Positions 1 through 8,235 of a DNA stretch of 64,000 nucleotides are shown here, in pieces (position 1 is the stretch's first letter; each line of letters opens with the position of its first letter). Where the stretch lies: the IMG/VR virus record IMGVR_UViG_3300044984_003188; one strand, 5' to 3'. Source of the DNA: a virus. The notes beneath the pieces were generated by a model. That model was not told the DNA's origin. It did not search any database and saw nothing but the letters and a program-made list of their open reading frames with translations. Both the position numbers and the translations under genes were made by a program.

Positions 1-123
1 GTGGCTCTAGTCTCTGGTTTCAGCCCATCTATCCTCAAGTCTATTCTGGCTTCCGATCTAGAACAGTTTACACCAGAGGCAATGATGATGAAGACCCTTA
101 TGGCTGAAAGGTACAATTTCTAA
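1..123 (+). CDS. C-terminal end of a protein (partial), DUF2828/vWA-like tail
   Basis: Frame 1 reads VALVSGFSPSILKSIL...RYNF*; resembles the DUF2828-type C-terminus (from memory). Confidence 0.45.
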   Translation: MALVSGFSPSILKSILASDLEQFTPEAMMMKTLMAERYNF

Positions 124-305
124 TGAATATTGTACTTGTTGTCTCTATGTTAATCGGTGGGGTTCCTACGGGCTCCCCGATTAATCTACAGAGCACTAGC
201 CCTGATTGCAGAGATGAGATAAATATGGTTGAGCATATGAATAGCGTATTTCAGAAGCATAAGTCTGAAATTCAATATAAGATTATAGAGTGTAAAAAGA
301 CTTAA
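123..305 (+). CDS. small hypothetical protein with hydrophobic N-terminus
   Basis: TAATG coupling to upstream ORF; 60 aa. Confidence 0.6.
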   Translation: MNIVLVVSMLIGGVPTGSPINLQSTSPDCRDEINMVEHMNSVFQKHKSEIQYKIIECKKT

Positions 306-309
306 TACT

Positions 310-384
310 ATCAGTGTGGTGTAGCGGTAACATGCCGGTCTCCAAAACCGTGCGTCCTGGGTTCGAATCCTAGCACTGGTGCCA
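310..384 (+). tRNA. trnW: tRNA-Trp (CCA)
   Basis: Acceptor stem ATCAGTG/CACTGGT, anticodon loop CT-CCA-AA, T-loop GTTCGAATC, encoded 3' CCA. Confidence 0.93.
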
Positions 385-455
385 AACTTTTTGATTGACA
401 ACCACCACAGGTGGTATATAATATACATATAAATTGTTTCTTAGGAGTTAAGAAC

Positions 456-1451
456 ATGAAAACATTAGGCGTATTCATTGGGCGTTTTCAGCCCTTACAT
501 GAAGGTCATATTCAGGCAATCAAGGTTGCCGCTAAGCAAGTAGACCTTCTTCTGGTCCTTATCGGTTCGGCTAATCAGTGCCGTAGCATTAAAAATCCAT
601 GGACCTATTCAGAGCGAGTTCAGATGTTCCATTCAAAATGGGAACAGATTGACAATCTGATTGACATTCTTCCCCTTAATGACTATCAATACTCCCATAC
701 TCAGTGGATGGCAGATGTACGTGCAAGCGTAGAGTATACCCAAAAGAATTGGGGCATCTATTCACCACCGACTCTTTTTGGTCACACAAAAGATGGTAAT
801 GACTATCTTAACTGGTTTCCAGATTGGAACTTCAAAAATATTGAAGCCGAATATACAGTAAATGCTACATCTATTCGTGCAAAGATGTTTGCAGAACATG
901 ATAAGCGTATGCCGGAAACGGTCTATCAAGATCATCTGTTCTATAAGAAAGAACAAGAACTGTTTGCAAACTATCCATTCCCTGATACTCTCAACTTCAA
1001 CTGCTCTGATGCTGTTCTAGAATGTCAGGGTCATGTTCTTCTAATCCAACGTAAGTTTGCTCCAGGTGCTGGATGTTGGGCTCTACCAGGTGGATTTAGA
1101 AATAATAAAGAAACTTTTCTTGATTGTGCTATTCGTGAACTTCAAGAAGAAACAAATGTTCGAGTACCAGAAAAAGTTCTTCGTGGCTCTATTGTCAAGA
1201 CTCAACTTTTTGATTCACCGTCTCGATCATTTGGCTTGCTAAGGAATACATTAGCAGTCTATATGAGGATCAGTCCAAATCCAGACTATTCTCTACCACG
1301 AGCAAATGGCGCCGATGATGCTGCACTATGTAAATGGGTGCCACTCACTGATGCTCTTAATACATATGAGCTCTATGATGACCATGCTGCTATTATCTCT
1401 ACTATGACTGGTGTTATGCCAATGCCAGCTTTTACCAAACTTAAGAAATAA
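456..1451 (+). CDS. nadM: bifunctional NMN adenylyltransferase / Nudix hydrolase (NadM-Nudix)
   Basis: GRFQPLHEGH HIGH motif, SIKNPW, Nudix box PGG...RELQEET; AGGAG RBS before ATG 456. Confidence 0.93.
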   Translation: MKTLGVFIGRFQPLHEGHIQAIKVAAKQVDLLLVLIGSANQCRSIKNPWTYSERVQMFHSKWEQIDNLIDILPLNDYQYSHTQWMADVRASVEYTQKNWGIYSPPTLFGHTKDGNDYLNWFPDWNFKNIEAEYTVNATSIRAKMFAEHDKRMPETVYQDHLFYKKEQELFANYPFPDTLNFNCSDAVLECQGHVLLIQRKFAPGAGCWALPGGFRNNKETFLDCAIRELQEETNVRVPEKVLRGSIVKTQLFDSPSRSFGLLRNTLAVYMRISPNPDYSLPRANGADDAALCKWVPLTDALNTYELYDDHAAIISTMTGVMPMPAFTKLKK

Positions 1452-1468
1452 GATAAGGAGTTTATCTA

Positions 1469-2854
1469 ATGACTATTCTAAAAAATATTCTACTTAATGT
1501 TGACAGCTATAAAGTTTCAATGTTTGAACAATACCCAGAAGGGACTGAAATTGTTCACAGCTACATTGAATCACGAGGTGGTGAACATCTAGAAACTTTA
1601 TTCTTTGGTCTACAGGGTTTCATTAAAGATTATCTTCTAACGCCGGTGACAATGGCAGACATTGATCTAGCAGAAGAAATTATGCAAGCCCATGGTGAAC
1701 CATTTAATCGTGTTGGTTGGGAATATATTGTTACCAACCACGGTGGTAAACTACCAGTCCATATCCGTGCAGTTCCAGAAGGTACTATTGTTCCTGTAAG
1801 TAATGTTCTACTTACTATTGAAAATACAGATCCAAATTGTTTTTGGTTGACAACACATTTGGAAACAGCTCTGCTTCGTGCAATTTGGTATCCTACAACT
1901 GTAGCAACCAACAGCAAAGCCATCAAGAATCTAATTAAAGGATTCTTAGAAAAGAATGGTGATCCTGCTGGACTTAGCTTTAAACTTCATGACTTCGGTG
2001 CACGTGGTGTTTCAAGTCAAGAATCCGCTGGAATTGGTGGTGCTGCGCATCTAATTAATTTCATGGGTACTGATACCATTGCGGGTATTCTTTGGGCTCG
2101 TGAGCATTATAATGCAGGCATTGCTGGTTTCTCTATTCCAGCCGCAGAACACAGCACAATTACTAGTTGGGGTCGCCCATATGAAGTAAAAGCATATGAA
2201 AATATGCTGAATAAGTTTGCCAAGCCTGGTGCTATTCTTGCTGTTGTGAGTGATAGTTATGATGTATTCAATGCAGCAGAAAATCTCTGGGGTGGTGAGC
2301 TGAAACAAAAGATCATCGACTCTGGTGCTACTCTGGTTATTCGACCAGATTCTGGTGAACCGGTTGCTGTAAATTGTAAACTTATTCAGCTCCTAGATAA
2401 GAAATTTGGCTCTACAGTAAATGATAAGGGATACCGAGTCCTGAATAATGTTAGATTAATCCAGGGTGATGGGGTCAATTATAACACAGTCAAGGATATC
2501 CTTACTGTCTTTGATAATAACGGCTACTCTGCTGATAATATTGCTTTTGGTATGGGTGGTGCTCTTCTTCAACAGGTGAATAGGGATACACAGAAATTTG
2601 CAATGAAATGCTCTGCTGTGCGAATCGGTAAACATGATTGGAGAAAAGTTCTAAAGGATCCTATTACCGATTCAGGTAAGAAAAGCAAAGCAGGTCTACT
2701 TGAACTGTGGCGTAAAGATAATAAATTTGCCACAAGTGAAACAACACCTGAATTACTCAATGGTTGGAAACATGGACTTGAAACCGTTTACCTTAATGGT
2801 AAACTAATCCGTGATATGACTTTTGAGGAAATTAGGAACAATTCAAATAGCTAA
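1469..2854 (+). CDS. nadV: nicotinamide phosphoribosyltransferase
   Basis: DSYK, LHDFGARG, AAEHS, VVSDSYD, IRPDSG, QGDG motifs. Confidence 0.95.
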   Translation: MTILKNILLNVDSYKVSMFEQYPEGTEIVHSYIESRGGEHLETLFFGLQGFIKDYLLTPVTMADIDLAEEIMQAHGEPFNRVGWEYIVTNHGGKLPVHIRAVPEGTIVPVSNVLLTIENTDPNCFWLTTHLETALLRAIWYPTTVATNSKAIKNLIKGFLEKNGDPAGLSFKLHDFGARGVSSQESAGIGGAAHLINFMGTDTIAGILWAREHYNAGIAGFSIPAAEHSTITSWGRPYEVKAYENMLNKFAKPGAILAVVSDSYDVFNAAENLWGGELKQKIIDSGATLVIRPDSGEPVAVNCKLIQLLDKKFGSTVNDKGYRVLNNVRLIQGDGVNYNTVKDILTVFDNNGYSADNIAFGMGGALLQQVNRDTQKFAMKCSAVRIGKHDWRKVLKDPITDSGKKSKAGLLELWRKDNKFATSETTPELLNGWKHGLETVYLNGKLIRDMTFEEIRNNSNS

Positions 2855-2858
2855 ACTA

Positions 2859-2890
2859 AAAAGGGAGAACCTAGGTTCTCCCTTTATTTT
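2859..2890. terminator. bidirectional intrinsic terminator
   Basis: AAAAGGGAGAAC-CTAG-GTTCTCCCTTTATTTT between convergent genes. Confidence 0.85.
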
Positions 2891-3114
2891 TATGGTTCAT
2901 ATCCCATACGAAGCAAATCATGTATATATAATAAAGCGGTTTCCTTTGCTGAATCCAGAGAAAAATGCATCCCTTTTGAATTTACAACTTTATCTTTCCA
3001 CATTATAAAATAAACACCATAATTTGGTTGATATGCTATTGATACCTCAGTTGTGTTTAAATTTAAAACACCGGGTGAAGTTACTATCCATTCTGGTTCA
3101 AGATCAAAATTCAT
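2890..3114 (-). CDS. hypothetical protein, paralog of 7162..7389
   Basis: GGAG RBS before MNFDLEPEW; shared W..PG...TTE..I...W...DLLxMGxEP pattern. Confidence 0.75.
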   Translation of the reverse strand: MNFDLEPEWIVTSPGVLNLNTTEVSIAYQPNYGVYFIMWKDKVVNSKGMHFSLDSAKETALLYIHDLLRMGYEP

Positions 3115-3187
3115 TTCTTCTCCATACGAAAAACCCATGTGAACCTGATATTTATAATCAGACACATGGGTTTTTTTATATTATAGA

Positions 3188-3460
3188 CTATTCTGATAAG
3201 ATTCTATAATTGACAGTTACATATTCACCAAACTCATCTAAGATTTGTTTTCGAAGAACATTTCTTGCATTTTGGACCATAACACCATTTTCTTTTGTGT
3301 CATGCACAGTGATTGTTTTAGTTCCACAATTCTTAAGAACCTTAGCTTCAATGACATACTTTCTGTATTTACTTAAATCTTTCTTTTTTCGAAGATCTGT
3401 AAAGTAGCCATAAGGCTTATTGTTCCAGATATCTTCTAGTTCTTCTCGTGTAAAATTCAT
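3188..3460 (-). CDS. hypothetical protein
   Basis: 90-aa ORF, ATGA overlap with upstream gene. Confidence 0.7.
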   Translation of the reverse strand: MNFTREELEDIWNNKPYGYFTDLRKKKDLSKYRKYVIEAKVLKNCGTKTITVHDTKENGVMVQNARNVLRKQILDEFGEYVTVNYRILSE

Positions 3461-3822
3461 GATGCTTCCTTAATGTGTTTGCATGTACGCCTGAAACCAA
3501 ATCCAGTGCACGTACATGTGCTATGTTTACCGTCAATTGTAACGGTGTAAATTTCTCCTTTGGAGCCCTTTACATTAAATGTTTTGATGGGGTTTATTGG
3601 CTTAGCAACTACAGGCTTTTGTGTCGTATCATCAATAGAAACAATTAATCTTTTGGGGATGATGCGCATCTTGGATGGAATATCAGCCGTAATGCACAAT
3701 GAATCTGCTTCAGCCCAGGTTGGTATGGGTAGAAGTTCACCATAGAAAGTATCATATTGATCAATATGAAAGAAGCACAAATGCTTTCTATCCCACATTG
3801 GATTTTTAGCTACAATTTTCAT
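3457..3822 (-). CDS. SWIM zinc-finger protein
   Basis: GSKGEIYTV...CTCTGFGFRRTCKH (CxC...CxH). Confidence 0.8.
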   Translation of the reverse strand: MKIVAKNPMWDRKHLCFFHIDQYDTFYGELLPIPTWAEADSLCITADIPSKMRIIPKRLIVSIDDTTQKPVVAKPINPIKTFNVKGSKGEIYTVTIDGKHSTCTCTGFGFRRTCKHIKEAS

Positions 3823-3879
3823 CACAACACCAAAAACACAAAAATTAGAAAAGCAAAAACCAAAATCCAAGTAATTACA

Positions 3880-4194
3880 TCACTGAATTCCAAGCGCATT
3901 ATTGTTTTTCCTCCATATGATCCGTGCAGCCTGTTTTACAATACATACACCAGTCATTAATGACCAACCTTCTTGAGCTTCTATTAGGAGTTGGTCACAA
4001 ATTAGAGGCTTGAGATTATACACTAGCTTATCCCATTTACTAAGTTCAATATCCTTGAAGGTTTCATCCTTAGATAGGATAATATCATTTCCAAGCTTAG
4101 AGTCAACATAAGAAAGCACTTCTGGTGTTACAAATTGACTATAGTACTCATCAAATGTGCACCGAGTGTAAAGATAATCACGCCTAATATACAT
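3880..4194 (-). CDS. hypothetical protein
   Basis: Likely start MYIRRDYL; the longer track ORF reads the upstream repeat off-frame. Confidence 0.65.
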   Translation of the reverse strand: MYIRRDYLYTRCTFDEYYSQFVTPEVLSYVDSKLGNDIILSKDETFKDIELSKWDKLVYNLKPLICDQLLIEAQEGWSLMTGVCIVKQAARIIWRKNNNALGIQ

Positions 4195-4211
4195 TTTATT
4201 ATCCGTTTTAA

Positions 4212-4397
4212 TTATAAGTTTTGATCCAAGATTTGATCCCAGACTTGATCCAAGACTTGAATCCATACTTGATCCCCGACTTGATCCCCGACTTGATCCA
4301 TGACTTGATCCATGACTTGAACCTCGACTTGATCCATGACTTGAACCCTGACTTGAACCCTGACTTGAACCCTGACTTGACCCAAGACTTGCTTCAT
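4212..4397 (-). CDS. QVxD tetrapeptide-repeat microprotein
   Basis: MKQVLGQVRVQVRVQ...DQVWDQILDQNL; 12-bp repeat; TAATG-coupled to upstream ORF. Confidence 0.75.
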   Translation of the reverse strand: MKQVLGQVRVQVRVQVRVQVMDQVEVQVMDQVMDQVGDQVGDQVWIQVLDQVWDQILDQNL

Positions 4398-4603
4398 TAA
4401 ATTGGCTCCAGTTCCCAACGTTGGCTGATGACTTGCTCATGTGTAATCCAGCGCATATCAGCTTTAGGATCATCCTTAGGAACAATAAGAAGTTTAGATG
4501 TGTCTAAGAAATGGGATTGCACAATCCATTCCTCACCAAAGCGCTTAATTGCACCACGTTCTGTGTTTCGAGTAGGTTTCCATTTAACAAATTTAGTCGA
4601 CAT
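4397..4603 (-). CDS. hypothetical protein
   Basis: 68-aa ORF in a coupled operon. Confidence 0.7.
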   Translation of the reverse strand: MSTKFVKWKPTRNTERGAIKRFGEEWIVQSHFLDTSKLLIVPKDDPKADMRWITHEQVISQRWELEPI

Positions 4604-5036
4604 TTTTACTACCTACAGGTTCAGTAATTTCAAACGTATACCATCCACTACCATCTTTCTTAGGCTTAGGCATGGAAGGATCAGTGTAACCATATTTGGT
4701 CATAAGCATCTTAGCAAAGCGATGACAATTTGGGATATCAAAACTGGAGAATGAAACACGACGAATGCCAGATGGCACAACCACTGGCTTCTTGCGCTCG
4801 GTCAGCATTTCAGGAAGAAGAAACCTGGAGTTATCAAAGAATGCACGCTTGGCTGGAATAGCTGGCGCTACATTAGATGTTAGGGTTGCAGCATATTCAT
4901 CAGCCTTTTGAACTTCCTTGGGATGCCGTTTGGCATGAGCCTTCTGACGAGCAATTACTTCCTTCTCCACTGGAGCTGGGTTAACCGCATCGATCTTAGA
5001 CTTGTTCTTAGAACCCTTAGGGCGACCACGAGGCAT
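4593..5036 (-). CDS. hypothetical protein with N-terminal AT-hook-like motif
   Basis: MPRGRPKGSKNK; GGAG RBS; own sigma70 promoter. Confidence 0.75.
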   Translation of the reverse strand: MPRGRPKGSKNKSKIDAVNPAPVEKEVIARQKAHAKRHPKEVQKADEYAATLTSNVAPAIPAKRAFFDNSRFLLPEMLTERKKPVVVPSGIRRVSFSSFDIPNCHRFAKMLMTKYGYTDPSMPKPKKDGSGWYTFEITEPVGSKNVD

Positions 5037-5061
5037 GTTGCTCTCCTAGATTACGTACCGA

Positions 5062-5217
5062 TTATACCATACTCACAAAAAATGTCAAGGGTTCTTTCGG
5101 CGCCTTGACATTTTTTCGTGAATAGAGCTTTTTGCTCTTAACAACCCTTTTATGAAACTTCGGGTCAATAAGAACCCTAGCCATAGGGTTACGTTTTATC
5201 TGCTTTCGCTTTGACAT
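5062..5217 (-). CDS. ArfA-like small basic protein
   Basis: NPMARVLIDPKFHKRVVKSKKLYSRK resembles ArfA [21 protein letters not shown]...YMRK. Confidence 0.55.
   Translation of the reverse strand: MSKRKQIKRNPMARVLIDPKFHKRVVKSKKLYSRKNVKAPKEPLTFFVSMV
5077..5116 (-). terminator. 14-bp stem hairpin/terminator inside the ArfA-like ORF, overlapping the next -35 box
   Basis: AAAAAATGTCAAGG-N12-CCTTGACATTTTTT. Confidence 0.75.
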
Positions 5218-5650
5218 TCTTCCAGTGCTCCATGAATCGAACGTAAAGACCAAGTTCACGCCCGAATGCTTCGATTTCCCACGGTAGATCCCAATAGTCC
5301 ATGGTATTGGTATTTACCATCACGCCACGAAACTTAGTCACGTATGGCGTGCGCTCATATTGCCTTGACTCACCGGTGGCGTACTGCTTCACATGGACCA
5401 TCTCATGAGCCAGTGCAATCAGCATATCCTTAACCGAACGCTTCGGGTTGATATGCAAATTGAACTCACGAGGGCGAGCAATTTCGTCCGAATCACATTG
5501 ACCATCCACACCCTCACCCTTGAAAAAGACGTCGACAGTCAAGTTCTTGACAAGCTGACGGTTCATGAGCATTGATGCATAGAACCGAACCGCTTCGGTT
5601 ACCATGTCGGACGAGAGCTTGGGTGGGCACTTACAGACTGATACTTGCAT
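5189..5650 (-). CDS. HExxH zinc metallopeptidase-like protein
   Basis: LAHEMVHVKQY...YWDLPWEIEA. Confidence 0.85.
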   Translation of the reverse strand: MQVSVCKCPPKLSSDMVTEAVRFYASMLMNRQLVKNLTVDVFFKGEGVDGQCDSDEIARPREFNLHINPKRSVKDMLIALAHEMVHVKQYATGESRQYERTPYVTKFRGVMVNTNTMDYWDLPWEIEAFGRELGLYVRFMEHWKNVKAKADKT

Positions 5651-5676
5651 GATACCCTCAATTGATCATAGTCTGG

Positions 5677-5706
5677 TTATAATCCAACCTGGGATTAAAG
5701 TCAACC
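5677..5706 (-). promoter_or_regulatory. early promoter (repeated cassette promoter)
   Basis: GGTTGACTTTAATCCCAGGTTGGATTATAA, near-identical at 5978-6007 (-) and 6873-6903 (+). Confidence 0.85.
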
Positions 5707-5949
5707 AGAAATTTCTTCCACGTCTGCGTGCACGCTGGTGTAGCCCTCCACATAATATCCGTCGGTGCTGCGCTCCATGTCAAAGGCCTTCTGAATGGCA
5801 TCCAGCACATTGCGGGCCTGCACCGGAGGGTATACAGCCTTGTTGACGTGCGGACCCGGATCATCCGTAGGGTATACAAAGGTCAGCGTAACCCTGTAGG
5901 TCTTCATCGGGGCAGGCTTACGGAAAAAACCAAACAGCTTGCAGATCAT
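5701..5949 (-). CDS. hypothetical early protein
   Basis: GAGG RBS then MICKLFG; stop codon lies in the next -35 box. Confidence 0.7.
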   Translation of the reverse strand: MICKLFGFFRKPAPMKTYRVTLTFVYPTDDPGPHVNKAVYPPVQARNVLDAIQKAFDMERSTDGYYVEGYTSVHADVEEISG

Positions 5950-5977
5950 CTTTAGACCCTCATTCATCATAGTCTGG

Positions 5978-6007
5978 TTATAATCCAATCTGGGATTAAA
6001 GTCAACC
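5978..6007 (-). promoter_or_regulatory. early promoter (repeated cassette promoter)
   Basis: GGTTGACTTTAATCCCAGATTGGATTATAA followed by CCAGACTATGATGAATGAGG leader. Confidence 0.85.
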
Positions 6008-6181
6008 ATGGTCAGGTAAAAGGTCGAGCTTTTCACGGCGCCGGAGAGCTTCAGCCACGAGCTGTCCGATGCTGCCGCGGCAGTATGCTTCCCGCTGCAT
6101 CACACGGTCAAAAAGCACCCTTTCGTTATCAGTGAGTGTGCCGCGGATCGTATCAAAGATCAGCTTATCGTTGTCGGTCAT
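6002..6181 (-). CDS. hypothetical early protein (59 aa, not in ORF track)
   Basis: MTDNDKLIFDTIRG...LLPDHG*; GAGG RBS; promoter at 6208-6238. Confidence 0.7.
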   Translation of the reverse strand: MTDNDKLIFDTIRGTLTDNERVLFDRVMQREAYCRGSIGQLVAEALRRREKLDLLPDHG

Positions 6182-6239
6182 CTTTAACCCTCATTCATCA
6201 TAGTCCCTTTATACCATCACATGCTTTAAAAGTCAACCC

Positions 6240-6603
6240 CAACAAAATCAATAGGTTAGCCATGAATTGGTTCTAACCCATTGAAAAGATTACCAAAATT
6301 TTTTTCGGTGATCCGCAACTTTTTTGGGCATCAACCCTTACTTGGAACCAAAACCTAATCTTTTCAATGGGTTAGGCTTTCCAAGATGTCTAATCTTTTC
6401 AATGGGTTAGGTTCTAAAAACGTCCCTACCCGACCTAAGCCACTGTGGATGGGTTATCATACCGCTAGGATCACTTAGCACGATCTCAGACGTATTCTTA
6501 GCTAAGTGATTGATATGATTAGGCTTAAAAAAAATATAAGAAATATGTAGATTTTTTTGGTAATCTTTTCAATCACTTAGCCCTAACCCATTGATATCCT
6601 TAC
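6240..6603. repeat. non-coding locus 1: seven IHF-like boxes around a 49-bp core
   Basis: Boxes near 6246, 6274, 6362, 6397, 6503, 6567, 6584; core 6435-6483; homologous to 47866-48247. Confidence 0.85.
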
Positions 6604-6634
6604 GGTTGACTTTTATCCATCCTGGTGGTATAAA
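6604..6634 (+). promoter_or_regulatory. early promoter
   Basis: GGTTGACTTTTATCCATCCTGGTGGTATAAA plus GAGACTATGATGAATGAGG leader. Confidence 0.85.
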
Positions 6635-6661
6635 GAGACTATGATGAATGAGGAACGGAAG

Positions 6662-6868
6662 ATGCTCAAAGCCACCCCACTGATGATCCGATTCGTTAAG
6701 ATGCTCCCGGCTGATCAGCGGATCACTGCGGTCGTTCGAGCGGAGCGGGTCTATGCTGCTGCCCTGACTCAGCTGACTCGCTTTGATGACTTCGGGCACG
6801 AGCAGAATGTTGCCATGGCACTCGAGGCGGCTGAAGCCGAACTGGCTTATATGGCAAACCAGCCCTAA
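6662..6868 (+). CDS. hypothetical early protein
   Basis: GAGG RBS; GC-rich codon use; alternative in-frame start at 6641. Confidence 0.7.
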   Translation: MLKATPLMIRFVKMLPADQRITAVVRAERVYAAALTQLTRFDDFGHEQNVAMALEAAEAELAYMANQP

Positions 6869-6949
6869 TCAGGGGTTGACTTTAATCCCAGGTTGGATTA
6901 TAAAATGACTATGAACAAGGTGACCGATATGGAAAAGAAGGATAATGAT

Positions 6950-7162
6950 ATGAATAGACTGATTCCCGTTGCCCGCCACAATCCCACTGTATTTGTGCGG
7001 AGTGATCTTGTAGCCACCATGAATATTGTGATTCATAGCACACATGTAGAGTTGCAAATCCTTCTTACCCTTGGCACAACGGTGTGTGAGCGGTTTGACT
7101 CACTCACAGAGGCTTCTGATGCTGCGGTGCGCATCTGTAACCTATGCAATCAGGGCAAGTGA
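6950..7162 (+). CDS. hypothetical early protein
   Basis: Downstream of promoter 6873-6903; AAGGA RBS; start uncertain. Confidence 0.6.
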   Translation: MNRLIPVARHNPTVFVRSDLVATMNIVIHSTHVELQILLTLGTTVCERFDSLTEASDAAVRICNLCNQGK

Positions 7163-7389
7163 TGAACTCTTTTAATCCACAAACTGAATGGAAAGTTGTG
7201 CGGCCTGGTGAGATTACACTACCCACCACCGAGCTGACAATTCGTCTCCGGGCTGATTGGGAAGATGGCCATCGTTACCAAATCTTGTGGAAAGGTAAGG
7301 AGGTGGGTGAGAGCATGACTCTTAACTTTGCCAAAACTATAGCACATGATTGGGTGCGTGATCTTTTGACAATGGGAATTGAACCGTAA
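7162..7389 (+). CDS. hypothetical protein, paralog of 2890..3114
   Basis: EWKVVRPGEITLPTTELTI...DLLTMGIEP. Confidence 0.75.
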   Translation: MNSFNPQTEWKVVRPGEITLPTTELTIRLRADWEDGHRYQILWKGKEVGESMTLNFAKTIAHDWVRDLLTMGIEP

Positions 7390-7401
7390 GGGTGACTAAG
7401 A

Positions 7402-7596
7402 ATGACTCAAGATGAGTTTGAACAGAAGGAAGCAGAGATCCTTGAGCGCCTTCCGTACCAGCTTAGAAATGCAATCAGCTGGATGGCTTATGATCGAGGG
7501 CACAGCTGTGGATATGAAGAGATTCTTATCCATGTACGTGAAATGGTAGATGCTCTAGAGCAACCTATTCTTGATCTCATTGATAGTATGCGTTGA
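7402..7596 (+). CDS. hypothetical protein
   Basis: AYDRGHSCGYEEI motif seen in small phage proteins. Confidence 0.7.
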   Translation: MTQDEFEQKEAEILERLPYQLRNAISWMAYDRGHSCGYEEILIHVREMVDALEQPILDLIDSMR

Positions 7597-7647
7597 CTTT
7601 AATTCCAAGTTGGTGTATATATAATCCATAACCTATGGAATAATCTT

Positions 7648-7851
7648 ATGCTAAAAGCTCTATCACTCCTAACCATCTCTGTCACTCTTGCTGGGTGTGT
7701 CGCTGTGCCCGTCGATGACGTATATGGTGCACCATATACGTCATCGTCCGTGATTTATGTTCCACGACCTGTTTATATCCCTCAACCTTACTATAACTAT
7801 AATTCATATAATCCATATTATCGTCCCCGCTATTATAGGCACTATCGTTAA
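7648..7851 (+). CDS. putative lipoprotein, Pro/Tyr-rich
   Basis: Signal peptide with LAGC lipobox. Confidence 0.7.
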   Translation: MLKALSLLTISVTLAGCVAVPVDDVYGAPYTSSSVIYVPRPVYIPQPYYNYNSYNPYYRPRYYRHYR

Positions 7852-7854
7852 GTC

Positions 7855-8043
7855 ATGAATAATGTGAGGGATGAAGTTAGAGATGATTTGTGGAACTGGG
7901 TTTATGATAAAACTAATGAAGTTTGTGAGTATGGATATTCATTAGATGTTCTTGCTGCTACAGACTCTATTCTTTTTGGAATATTATTTCCACATGATGA
8001 GTTTGTTAGAATAGGATTATATAATTTAGATGACCATGGGTAA
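7855..8043 (+). CDS. hypothetical protein (possibly degenerate QVxD-family member)
   Basis: MNNVRDEVRDDLWNWVYDK; shares 21 bp with 8236..8418. Confidence 0.55.
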   Translation: MNNVRDEVRDDLWNWVYDKTNEVCEYGYSLDVLAATDSILFGILFPHDEFVRIGLYNLDDHG

Positions 8044-8235
8044 TAATATGCAATGTAATTGTGAAAAGCAAAGCATCACTCGTACCACAGCCTATCATAA
8101 TAAGGGTAAGGGAAAGACTTTTTGTTGCTTTAATTGTGATTCGTGGTTCTTCAGCCACAGACCTACCGCAAGTAAGCACAAGAAGCTTAAGAAGATGCGC
8201 CGTGTTAAGCCAGCTCATCGTGATTGGCAAGATTG

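Noticed and set aside
3880-4485. 201-aa Ser/Gly repeat protein (GSSQ repeats)
   Set aside because: Off-frame reading of the QVxD repeat; the coupled QV frame and a separate 3880-4194 gene explain the region better.
6435-6483. DnaA or CtrA boxes in the core
   Set aside because: TGTGGATGG is only 7/9 to a DnaA box and no clear TTAA-N7-TTAA was seen; too weak to call.
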